From Paramoeba atlantica (lineage: Eukaryota; Protista; Discosea): a stretch of 64,000 bases of DNA. The DNA lies in the NCBI GenBank assembly GCA_977017575.1, contig CDRNVI010000149.1, positions 124,001 through 188,000 on the forward strand, given 5' to 3'. The position numbers were made by a program, and so were the translations under genes. Positions 14,060 to 24,894 of this stretch are shown piece after piece. Position 1 is the first letter of the stretch. Every line of letters starts with the position of its first letter. The notes under the pieces were generated by a model. That model was given only the letters and a program-made list of their open reading frames with translations, ran no database searches and was not told where the DNA came from.

Positions 14060-15735
14060 TCTCAATTCTCTACATACAACATCCATTTTGAAACCCATTG
14101 CACAACATAACTCAAATCAAACCAAACCCATATGAGGCTGGAGGGAATACTTCTACCCAAGGCCACCTGTTGATTTGAAGTGCATAGAGGCATTGTCCCA
14201 GCTCTCTCAAGAGTATTCAAATTCGAAAAAAAAACCCACAGACCACACAATATTTTGAGACTAAATTGCACAAGAATCATGAAATACAATGTCAAAGTAA
14301 TCCACAAGCCAGGAAGACAAATAGCAATTCCTCTGATGCGCTCAGCTGACACAAAATATCACATATGATACAAAGAAAACCAGAGCAGTTAACAGAGACA
14401 TTCACTTTTGCTGCCAAATACAAGATATTCTTGACAAACAAAATGATCTTATGGCAAAAACCGACCAAAAAAAGAGGAACAAGACAAGAGCATCCCAGAT
14501 GTTCAAATGTTTAACACCCTCTTAAAATCAATTCACACACTTGAGGGGGAGACCAATTCCCAAATCAGTTGAATTACCAAGCCTTTTGCTCAAGCATAGT
14601 AAGATGATATTCCTTCTGCACTAAAATAATCGACTATCATCTGTGTGGAATTCTTCCTCTAAAGAAACAATCAAAAAATGCTTCAAACAAAAACCCACAA
14701 ATTCTGGATAGACCTAGCAGGAATCCTCAGAAAAGTGGCTGAAATGTAACCCTAAAGAGAAAGAGGGTTGCCTCCAGCAGTCCTACCTCAATCACTTTTG
14801 GGGTGAAATACTAAATGGTGGTCACAGAAAGTTTGAGAAGCGCTTTGGATCAAGCAGTCTCTGACTCATCATTCTGTTTTTCCTAAATCATATACCCATA
14901 CATTTACTCCTTTTGCCAAAACTGTTTGGAATGTCAAGACAACAACAAAAAAAACAAAAAAAGGAATGAGAGGAGCAAGACTCAAACCTCTTCTTTACTC
15001 CATATCCTCCTGGGCCACTGCCTGCACCCCCTGGACCAAAATACCATCTACAAGGATTCACTTTTGCCTGTAATTGTGACAATTTCGATGGATCCATCCA
15101 AATCTACCCAATCTCCCAGCCACAGAAATGCAAAAACAATTGCAGAAATTGCTTTATGCAATACACACCTGCATCAACTCTATGCCTATCAAAATTATAA
15201 CCCTGACAATGGCTTTGAATTCTCAAACCAGCTTCATGGCTGATTTGGCAAATCAAGGTCATTTAAGCATATATATATATCCATCCATGATCATTGAAGA
15301 TGATTGGGATCTCCTAATTCCTCTTCACTTCATTCTTCATTCACTTTGGTAGACATCCATCAATGGTATTGGATACAACAGAGGCATATTGACGAGAAAT
15401 AGCAGTCACCACTTCTGCTGATCATTTCAATCTAGAACAACAGAACATGTGCCACAAAAATATTATGCACCTAAAGGAATTAAAAGTAAAGATATATGAG
15501 ATCTCTGTTAATTATGAAGAAGGACAAATACAAAACCAACCCCTCCTGCATGTGTCCTTGAATTGAATAAGATGGATGATTTTAACCACAGAGATGATTA
15601 CAATTACAAAGTGAAAGAGATTCATGAACACCACATTGATGAGGATGGAACACTTTAATAGAAGGACTACTGTGTTGGAAAAGCTATCAGACACCATCTC
15701 TGCTCCTGATTTAATCAAACATTATTGCAAGAATC
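14060..15735 (+). mobile_element. Degenerate Ty3/gypsy (chromovirus-like) RNase H-integrase-chromodomain remnant
   Basis: TDHT..., KYNVKVIHKPGRQIAIP/DALS (RNase H end), GGH..EK and CLECQ (HHCC), NAKTIAEI...DNGFEFSNQL (integrase core), DWDLLIPL, then YKVKEIHEHHIDEDGTL...ISAPDLIKHY (chromodomain-like, ~15599-15730). Many stops and frameshifts. Confidence 0.82.
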
Positions 15736-17506
15736 ACCCTCATGAGTCTCCTTCACCAAGGGCGAATCTGAAAAAGAAATTCGTCCAGCCTCTTCTTCTG
15801 CAGGTTTATTTTGAACCAAAAAAAAAATCAGGTTTACCTCAAAGGAAAAAGGAAAAAAGAAAGAATAAAGAAAGAATAAAGAAAGAATAAAGAAAAAAAG
15901 GAAAAGACAGAAGAAAAAGAAAAAGTAAAGAAAAGAAAAAAAGAAAAAGAAGATAACATTTTGATTCCAGTTTTATCTTTTTGCTCCTTTGTTTTTCTCT
16001 TTGCTCTGCAATCTCCATCATCTTCCCTGATCATTTGCCCAAAAATGAGATTCTTTTACAAACATCTCACAATCTCAAAAACTTTGGATGTTGCAAAACA
16101 AAACACCCCAATAAATTACTAACACTTAACCCTGAACAATATAGCAAGATCACCTGTGTTATAAGATGAACTTGAGTGTGAGAAGAGAGATGAGAAAAAA
16201 AAAATAGAACAAAAAAAAAAGAAAAGAGGATATCAACAACAACAAAAAAAAACAGACTAAAAAAACACAATCAACTAAAAATAAAAATAAAAATAAAAAA
16301 AAGTTAACAAACCATATGAAAAAGTGATCAAAGTGGTTCTCTTTGGATACTTAGTCAGACAGCCCTACAATATAACTCTTTAACTCTCTCAGACTTGGCT
16401 ATAGAGACCCAAGAAACACATCAAACAAGAATTCCAACTCTTTTTTTTCTCTTAGATCTGATAAAGAAATCGCCTCAACATTTTGAGATGTGCAAAAATA
16501 GATTGGTTGTAGTGGTCAATTCATGGAATGTAAAACCTGAAGAGAAAAGAATATTGGTATTAGAATTCTTTTAAAAGATAGAAAAAAAATAAGAAAAGAA
16601 AAAAAAAGTAAAGAAAAAAAAGGAGAAAGGGAGAAAGGAGAGACAAAGGAAAAATGAAGAATTCAAAAATCCCAAACACCAAAGTCAAAGAAAAAAAAGA
16701 GAAAAAAAGAAGAAAGAGAGAAAGAAAGAAAAAAACAAAGTGAAAAAGAGAAGAAAAAGATTAAAAAAAAGGAGGGAAACTAAAAGGAGAAAAACCAACC
16801 AATCCCCAACCCCAATCCCAAAAGCCGAAAACAACAAACATCACATCACATCTCACAAGATATAACCACATGACAAAACATGACAAACAAAAAGATTTAA
16901 AAAAGAAAAGAAAAGAAAAGAATAACCTTTTGTCTTTTTGGTGTGGATAACCCAATTGCCCCCCACGCCATTCCAAACCCCTCTTGCCTCTCTCTCGAAA
17001 AAGGAAAAAAGAAACAAGTTGGTTGTTTTCTTTTTTTTCTCTCCTTTTTTTCTTTGATCACTCTTTTTTGAAAATCTGTTTTCTTTTTTTTCTTTTAACT
17101 TCAAGGTCGGTGTTCTTTCTTCCTTTTCTCCCTCTTGCCTCTCTTGTTTTGTATCAGGGAACAAGAAGGGAAAACAAAAAAAAAACCAAAAAAAAAAATT
17201 AGCGCACTTTTAGCGAACTAAATCTGTGTTGTCGAAAGAAAAGGTTCGAAAAACAAAGCAGCAAGAGGACAATGTGAAAAAGGATCTCTTTTATTAAAAA
17301 TTAAAGTAAATAATTTTCATGGAATTCAAAAAAGAAGAAGAGGAAAGAGAAGAGAGGAGTCATTTTTTTGTCTCCTCTTTCATAAATCAACTTTTGAAAC
17401 AGACACACCCCTCCTCCACTCCCTCCACCCAAGAAAGGAGAGAGGAGAGAGAGGAAGAGAGAGAGAGAGAGAGAGAGGGAAGGGGGAATCTCCTCATTTC
17501 TGTTTT

Positions 17507-17959
17507 TCACTTCACTGTAGATCGCGCCAATGCATGTTCCAAAACTTCATCATAATCAACAGATGCAACCGAACCACCCTGAAGTCGACAAGAAATCCCA
17601 CCTTCTCCAATCTTTCCAACAATTCCATTTGCAGAAAAAGAAACAACCATCTTTTCTTTGATTTTAGCTCTGTCAGGTGCCCACATCACAAACACTAACT
17701 TACTCCTTTTGACATGATCAGAAGGAGAGATGTATTTGATGTGAGTCAATCCATACGCACATTTGTCTCTTGGGAGATGAGTCGTGAATTCAGCCCATTC
17801 TGTTCGCCCATCCACCACATCCTCACTTTTCGATAAATCATGATAATCAGTTTGACATTTTCCATCATCGATCAAGAAGATACATCCTTTTGATTTTCCG
17901 GATTTGACGGAGCGAGCAATAGAGATACATTCATCAGAAAATTGAACCACGGAAGCCAT
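17507..17959 (-). CDS. ADF/cofilin family actin-depolymerising protein (150 aa, intronless)
   Basis: MAS.V...DEC start, LPRDKCAYG, KRSKLVFVMWAPDRAKIKEKMV, LQG...VDYDEV. Confidence 0.93.
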   Translation of the reverse strand: MASVVQFSDECISIARSVKSGKSKGCIFLIDDGKCQTDYHDLSKSEDVVDGRTEWAEFTTHLPRDKCAYGLTHIKYISPSDHVKRSKLVFVMWAPDRAKIKEKMVVSFSANGIVGKIGEGGISCRLQGGSVASVDYDEVLEHALARSTVK

Positions 17960-18318
17960 AGTAGTAGTATTTGTCGATCAATCACAATCACACAAGAAGG
18001 GGCACTGTTTTTTTTGTTTTGTTTTTGTGTTTTGTGTTTTTTGTTTTGTTTTTTTTGTTTTGTTTTTTTTGTTTTGAATTTTTGTTTTTGTGTTTTTTGG
18101 TGTGTTGGGTCGAGGAGGGGACGAAGAAACCTGTTCTTGGAAAAAGTTGGCTCAGTTTCAGTGAAGTATCCATTGGGTGTGGTTTCTCATTTTTCGAAGA
18201 CAACCACTCCCAACCTCTTTTTTCGTCGTTTTGAAAAAGTTTTGTCCAAGTCCGCCCAACACCTTCACTGAATAAAAAAAAATAAAAAATAAAAAGTAAA
18301 AAAAAGGAAAATTTTGTG

Positions 18319-18329
18319 GGAATTGAACC
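18319..18329 (-). promoter_or_regulatory. Isolated Pol III B-box-like motif (GGTTCAATTCC) between the divergent cofilin and PB1 genes
   Basis: Matches GGTTCRANYCC; no surrounding cloverleaf. Confidence 0.3.
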
Positions 18330-18564
18330 TCCCGCCCTACGCCGCCCCTCTTTTTTTTTTGGCTTTGTTGGTTCTTTCGGTGATTTTGTTTTTTGTTTTT
18401 TTGTGGTTTGTGGGGTTGGTGTTCCTTCTCGCCATCACCCCCTCTTCCTCTTATCCCCTTCCATGAACGACAACAAACACAACCACTTCTTCTCTCAGGT
18501 TTTGTTTTTAATTCAAAACATTTCTTTTTCTGGATAACTTGAAACAGAAAAACAACAATCCAAC

Positions 18565-19551
18565 ATGGTGATGAGAGTTCAGTTGATGTCGTTGATCGTT
18601 GTTCGATCAAAAAACCTCGAGAGGAAAGAAGAAGAACAGTGGTGGGAAGTTCGAAACACTGAGAATGGAGAAGTGTGTTCTATTCAAGCTCAAGACTTTC
18701 GAAGTCTGCGAAGGAAGATCCAGGATGTGTACGGAACTTCGACTGCAGTTCGAGTGTTCTATCTTGATGATGAGTGTGATGTCGTCTTTGTGAAACGTAA
18801 TCAAGACTTGGAAGACGCTTTGTTTGTTCTCCCCAAAAAGGACAACAAGATGGTGACAGCAGTGAAGAGTCATCAGGAGATTGAAAATCGAGTGGATGAT
18901 GATGATGATGAAGAGAAAGTGAGTGATGAGAGTACTGATGATGATTCAGTTTCTGAGAACCCTCAGAAAAGACTCAAGGAACAACAGAAGAGAGAGAAGA
19001 AGATTGAAATGCTCAGTAAACGTGACAAGAAACTGGCAGATCAGATTGATGTTCTTGAAGAAAAGATTGTGGCTCTTCAACGAAGAAAGGAACAGTTGAC
19101 TGAAAACAAAACCCAAGTTCGAGAGAATCTTGTTGATTTGAAAAGTCAAGAGAAAAGTGAAGTTGTTGTTGCTATCAAACAAGAGGAGGAGAAGATTGAA
19201 GAAGCTGAATTGTCTGATGAGACAGTCCAAGAGGAAGAGGAAGAGGAAGAGGAAGAGGAAAAAGAAGATTGTGGTAAACCAAGATCGTTTGGACAATTGA
19301 GAAAACTTCAGAATCAACAACGGAACATCGAAAGAAGACTTTGTAATCTTGAAGCGAAAGAAAAGAAGTCAAAAAAGATGATGGAAACAGAAATTATTCT
19401 CAAGAAACGTTTGGAAGAAATCACAGAAAGGTTGGCCCTGACTGAAGTGGAAGAACAATCAGAAGAACAGAAGGATGAGAAGTTTTTTGTGAATAAGAGA
19501 AAAGGAAAAGATGGTCATTGTAAACATTTAAAGGAAAAAAGATGGAAATAG
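18565..19551 (+). CDS. PB1-domain, acidic coiled-coil protein (328 aa), paralog 1
   Basis: N-terminal FRSLRRKIQDVYG...VRVFYLDDECDVVFVKRNQDLEDAL fits the PB1 OPCA motif (Y.DEDGD.V....DL..A); two coiled-coil blocks; 5' flank conserved with paralog 2. Confidence 0.8.
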   Translation: MVMRVQLMSLIVVRSKNLERKEEEQWWEVRNTENGEVCSIQAQDFRSLRRKIQDVYGTSTAVRVFYLDDECDVVFVKRNQDLEDALFVLPKKDNKMVTAVKSHQEIENRVDDDDDEEKVSDESTDDDSVSENPQKRLKEQQKREKKIEMLSKRDKKLADQIDVLEEKIVALQRRKEQLTENKTQVRENLVDLKSQEKSEVVVAIKQEEEKIEEAELSDETVQEEEEEEEEEEKEDCGKPRSFGQLRKLQNQQRNIERRLCNLEAKEKKSKKMMETEIILKKRLEEITERLALTEVEEQSEEQKDEKFFVNKRKGKDGHCKHLKEKRWK

Positions 19552-19808
19552 AAAGGAGATCTTCAAAATCATCCTTTCAAAATAAAATCTCTCTTTTTGA
19601 ATATCTCACTTTTTTGGTTTATTTATTTATTCTTTTCTCTCACATTGTTGGGGTGCATCTCATCAAACAACAAACAACACACACACTCTCCCTTTTTTCC
19701 TTCTTTTCTCTGTTTAAGTCTCCCAATAACTCTCACTTTTTCTTCCTTAAAAATCATAATTTAGATGAAAGGGGATGTTGGCCACTGTGGAGGGATATCT
19801 TCTTGTAA

Positions 19809-19854
19809 TACTCTCTGAGTTGCTAATTTGTGAAAATTCGTAACTCAGAGAGTA
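19809..19854. other. Palindromic hairpin element, copy 1
   Basis: TACTCTCTGAGTT / AACTCAGAGAGTA 13-bp arms around GCTAATTTGTGAAAATTCGT. Confidence 0.85.
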
Positions 19855-20185
19855 ATAATAATAATTCTGTGCCTTCAAAACTCTTTTTTGCTTTTTTTGT
19901 GGAACATCTTTTGGGGGGAAATGATCAAGAAGAGAGGGAACCAAAAATAACAAAACACACCCTCCTTATTTTGAATATTTTCTCTCGAATATTTGTGTGG
20001 AGGCATACCACGATCTGCAAATAGAATAACAAGAAAAAGACTGAACCAGAATCAAATTTGTGTTTTCCTCGGACCTGTTTTTCAACAAAAAGAAAATTAA
20101 AAAAAAAAGGGAAAGAAAAAAAGAAAAAGAAAAAAAGGGAAAGAAAAAGAAAAAAAAAGAAAAAAAGAAAAAAAGAAAAAGAGAA

Positions 20186-20304
20186 GGTCTTCAGCACTCG
20201 GGATTCGAATGTGGTCACCCACCATTCTACTAACCGAGCCCACAGCTGCTTAACTTCCGAGTTCTGATGGGATCGGGTGCTTTCAACTGGGTATGACCGA
20301 AGAC
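20186..20304 (-). rRNA. 5S rRNA
   Basis: GTCTTCGGTCATACC...GATCCCATCAGAACTCGGAAGTTAAGC...GTGCTGAAGACC, 119 nt; ends pair (GTCTTC/GAAGAC); T-runs downstream. Confidence 0.97.
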
Positions 20305-20827
20305 ATTTTCTCTTCTTTTTTTTCTCCTTTTTATCAATCCAATTACTCAAAATTAACAAAAAAGAAAAGAGAAAAAGAAAGAAGAGAAAAGAAAGAAGAG
20401 AAAAAAGAAAAAGAGAGAAAAGAAAGAAGAGAGAAAAGAAAAGAGAGGAAAAGAAGAGAAAAGAAAAAACCTCAATTTTGTTTGTGGACAAAGGTTTGTC
20501 GAAAAGAATTTCTTTGTGATCTCTCTTCTTGTTTTTTCTCAGAATAAAAAACTTGTTTTAGGGGCGGGACTGAAAGGAAAAACATAAAACGGAAAACAAA
20601 AAACAAATCAAGGAAAGAGAGAGAGTGATATGGTCTTGAAGAAGAAAGAAAGAACAAGAAAGAAGTAAAAAAAGGAAAAGAAAAGGATGTGAAAAAAAAA
20701 AACAGAAAGAAAGAGATCACAACCACCAAAAGAAAAGAGAAGAGTGACTGAGAAAAAGAGAAAAAGAGTGAAAGAGAAAAAAACCACAAACCCCACGGAA
20801 AAAAAAAAAAACAAAAACGGGAAATGA

Positions 20828-20848
20828 TGGACCTCTATTTCGGGTCCA
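20828..20848. other. Short dyad motif TGGACC-N9-GGTCCA upstream of 5S
   Basis: The same motif occurs twice at 32964-33011. Confidence 0.55.
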
Positions 20849-21044
20849 GATGGTTTTTTTTGTGAAGTGAAAAGGGCTGGCAGAGAGAGAGTGTGGTTTT
20901 TTTTTGAGCGAAAGAGGAATCCGAGCAGAGAGAGAGAAGAGAGAGTGCTCAGGGTGTGTGTTCGGGGGGAGAGAGAGAGAATGGGAGAGGAGGAGGGCAA
21001 CACACAACCCTCATGCAAGATTCTCTGTTTTTTTTTGCTGGTTC

Positions 21045-21075
<31 letters not shown>

Positions 21076-21335
21076 TTTTTCTCTATTTTCTCTCCTTTTT
21101 TTTTCTTTTTTTTTTCTCCTTTTTCTTTCTTTTCTTTTCTTTATTTTTTTTTAATCTTTTTTTACTCTTTTTTTTTAAAAAGAAAAAACTTTTGAAATAA
21201 TACTTTTTTCTTTTATTCCCTTTCCTTTTTCTCTCTTTCTTTTCTCTTTCTCTTTCTCTTTCTCTTCTCCTTCTCCTTCTCCTTCTCTCTTTCTCTCTCC
21301 TTCTCTCTCTCCTCTCCTCTTTCTCTTTCTCTTTC

Positions 21336-21367
<32 letters not shown>

Positions 21368-21430
21368 CTCTTTCTCTCTCTTCCACTTTCTCTTTCTCTC
21401 TTTCTCTCTTCTCCCTTCTCCCTTTCTATA

Positions 21431-22227
21431 CAACTATCTCAGTGGGACAATCCCAACCGAAATTGGAGTTCTTTCTTCTTCTTGTTTATTTGTTTTTTTT
21501 TTCTTTTTTTTCTTTTTTTTTTCTTTTTTTTCTTTTTTTTCTTTTTTTTTTTCTTTTTTTTCTTTTTTTTCTTCTTTTTTTTCTTTTTTTTTCTTTTTTC
21601 TTTTTTCTTTTTCTTTTTCTTTCTTTTCTTTTTCTTTTTTTCTTTTAATTTTTCTCTCTTTTTTCTTTTTCTTTTAACTTTTTCTTTCTTCTCTCTCTTT
21701 CTCTCTCCTCTTTTCTCTCTCTCTTCTCTCCCCTTTTTTTTTTTCTCTCTCTCTCTCTCTCTAGAGATCTTTCTGACAATACTTTGAGAAGGACTGTTCA
21801 TCAGAAATTGAAAATCTTCATCGTGTCCAAATCATGTTTTTTTTTATTTTTATTTTTATTTTTATTTATTTTTATTTTTATTTTTATTTTATTATTTTAT
21901 TATTTTATTATTTTATTATTTTATTATTTTATTATTTTTTTTTCTTTCTTTTATTATCCTTTTAATAATTTTATCATTTTCTTCCTTTTCTTTCTTTTCC
22001 TTTCCTTTCCTTTCCTTTTCTCTTCTCTTCTCTTCTCTTCCTTCTCTTCTCTTCTCTTCTTCTCTTCTCTTTTCTTTTCTTCTCTTCTCTTCTCTTCTTT
22101 TCTCTTTTCTTTCTTTCTTTTCCAAAAGGTTTTTAGGAGCCAATCAACTGAAAGGAGAAAAAATCTTGGACAAAATTTCAAAACTTCGTTCTTTAACTGA
22201 TTTGTAATTTTTTCTTTTTCTTTTTTT

Positions 22228-22259
<32 letters not shown>

Positions 22260-23016
22260 TTTCTTTTTTTCTTTTTCTTTCTTTTTTCTTTCTTTTTTTT
22301 TCTTTTTTTTCTTTTTTTTCTTTTTTTTCTTTTTTTTCTTTTTTGTTTTTTTGTTTTTTTTTTTCTTTTTTTCTTTTTCTTTTTTTCTTTTTTTCCTTTT
22401 TTTTTTTTCTTTTTCTTTTTCTTTTTTTTTATCTTTTTTCTTTCTTTCTTTATTTCTTTCTTTCCCATTTTTCTTTCATTTCCTTTCTTTCTTCATTTCT
22501 TTTCATTTCTTTCATTTTTATTGAAATTATTTTTGATTTTATCAGATCACTGGGAGGGAATTTCTTTTCAGAGGCAATGCCTGTTGAATTTGCACAACTC
22601 TCTGATCTTCAAATGTTTTTCTTTTTTTTTTTTTTCTTTTTTTTTTCTTTCTTTTTTTCTTTTTTTTCTTTTTTTTCTTTTTTTCTTATTCTGTTTTGAT
22701 GATTTTTTTTCTTTTCTTTCTCTCTCTCTCTCTCTTCTCTCTCACTTTTCTCTCTTTCTCTTTTTCTTCTCTCTCTCTCTCTCTCTCTCCTCTCTCTCTC
22801 CTCTCTCTCTCTTCTCTCTTTCATAATATTTTCTTTTCTTTTCTTTTCTTTTTTCCTTTTTAACTCTTATTTCTTTTCTTTCCCTCTTCTTTCTTTCTTT
22901 CTTTCTTTCTTTCTTTCCCTCTTCTTTCTTTTTTCTTTCTTCTTTCTTTTCTCTTTGTAGGTATTTCAATAAGAATTCATTCACATGACCACTCAACTCA
23001 CGAATCTTGATCAAAT
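21431..23016 (+). pseudogene. Decayed leucine-rich-repeat gene, one plant-type LRR per exon
   Basis: Exons ~21431-21491 (NYLSGTIPTEIGVLSSLVYL), 21765-21835 (DLSDNTL.GTV.SEIENLHRVQI, with frameshifts), 22129-22203 (FLGANQLKGEKILDKISKLRSLTDL), 22546-22614 (SLGGNFFSEAMPVEFAQLSDLQ), 22961-23016 (YFNKNSFT*...QLTNLDQ), separated by T-rich phase-2 introns. Confidence 0.8.
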
Positions 23017-24137
23017 GTATTTTTTTCTTTTTTTCTTTTTCTTTTTCTTTCTTTCTTTCTTTTTTCTTTTTTTTTTTTTTTCTTTTTTCTTTTTTCTTTT
23101 TTTTTCTTTTTTTTTCTTTTTTTTTTTTCCTTTTTCCTTTTTTCATTTTCTTTTTCTTTTTTCATTCTCTTTTTCTTTCCACCACCAACCCAAGATCAAA
23201 AACCTTTGTTTTGTGATGTGTTTTTTTTTTCTTTTCTTTGTTTTTCTTTGTTTTTCTTTGTTTTTTTTGAATTGGAAAACTAATTTTTCTTTCTTTTCTT
23301 TTTTCTTTTTCTTGTTAGATGACAATATAATCAAAAAACAAGAAAGACAGAACAATTGAAAGGATTTTTGTGGTGATGTTTTGGAGTTTTATGAACAAAT
23401 TAAAGAGTTCTTTTGATTTGTTCAAACAACTCTTTTTTCTTCTTTGATATTTTTAAGCTATTTGGGACCCTCAAAGAATTGAAATGTCCCAGAAGATGAT
23501 CCAATTCTCTCTGAGAGAGAGAGAGAGAGAGAGAGAAAGAGGAGTTGGGGAGTTAGGGAGTCAGGGAGACTTGAGATCCCACCAGACAAGTTCTTTTTTT
23601 TCTTCTTTTTTTTCTTCTTTTTTTTTCTTCTTTTTTTTTCTTTTTTTCTCTTTTTTCTTTTTTTTTTTCTTTTTCTCTTTTCTCTTCTCTTTTCTTCTCT
23701 TTCTCCTTGTTTTTTTGATAAGGTTTTCTTTTCTTTTGAGTCTTTTTTTCTCTTATCTCTTATCTCTTTTCTCTTTTCTCTCTTTTCTTTTTTCCTTTTC
23801 TTTCTTTCTTTCTCGAAAAAACCATTCAGGTACTCTTCTTTCTCCTTTTTCTCTCTTTCTTCTTTCTTCTCTTTCTTCTTTCTTCTCTTTTCTTTTTTTC
23901 TCTTTTTCTCTTTTTTCCCCCTCTTTCTCTTTTTCTTTTTCTTTCTTTTTTATCTTATCTTATCTTTTATTTCAAAACAGATAAAAGACAAAAATGTTGT
24001 GAATTCTTCAATTCTTTGAGGGGACACTGAATTACTCAAATCAGAGAAGAGTGTCAAGAAGATCCTTTTCCTTAATTGGTCTTTGTTTATTGTCTCAATC
24101 AGGGTTTTTCTCTTTTTTTTCTTCTTTTTTTCTTTTT

Positions 24138-24181
<44 letters not shown>

Positions 24182-24557
24182 CTTTTTTTTTTCTTTTTTT
24201 TTCTTTTTTTCTTTTTTTCTTTTTTTTTTTGAACCCTAAAATCTTTTTTTTTGTGCTAAAATAATTTTTTTCCCCTGCCAAGGAGGAAAGAGCGAAAGGA
24301 GAGGGAAGAAAAGAGGAAAGAGAAAAAAGAAAAAAGCGAGATGAAAAAAAGAATTAAATTAAAAAAAAAAAAAAAGAGAAGGAGGGAAGAGGTAAGGGGA
24401 AGAGGGAAAGGAAGGTTGGGAAGGTTGGGAAAGGAGGGGAAGGTTAGGAAGGTTGGGGAAGTTTAGGAAGGTTGGGGAAGGTTGGGATGCTTGGGAAAGG
24501 TTGGGAAGAGGTGGGATCATGTTCTCTTTTTTTCTTGAGGTTTATTCTTTTTTCTTT

Positions 24558-24589
<32 letters not shown>

Positions 24590-24632
24590 TTCTTTCTTTT
24601 TTTTTCTTTCTTTTTTTCTTTCTTTTTCTTTT

Positions 24633-24664
<32 letters not shown>

Positions 24665-24707
24665 TTTTTTTCTCTTTCTCTTTTCTTTTCTTTTTCTTTC
24701 TTTTCTT

Positions 24708-24739
<32 letters not shown>

Positions 24740-24894
24740 TCTTTTTTGTTTTGTTTTTTTTCCTATTTTTCTTTTGTTTTTTCTTCTTTATCTTTTCCTC
24801 TTTATCTTTCCTCTTTTTAATCTTTTCCCCTCTCTTCTCTTTTTCTCTCTTTTTCCTTCTCTCTTTCTTTCTCTTTCTTTTCTCCTTAACACAG

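Noticed and set aside
23317-24110. Further LRR-gene exons
   Set aside because: Complex islands are present but translations are stop-ridden and cannot be assigned
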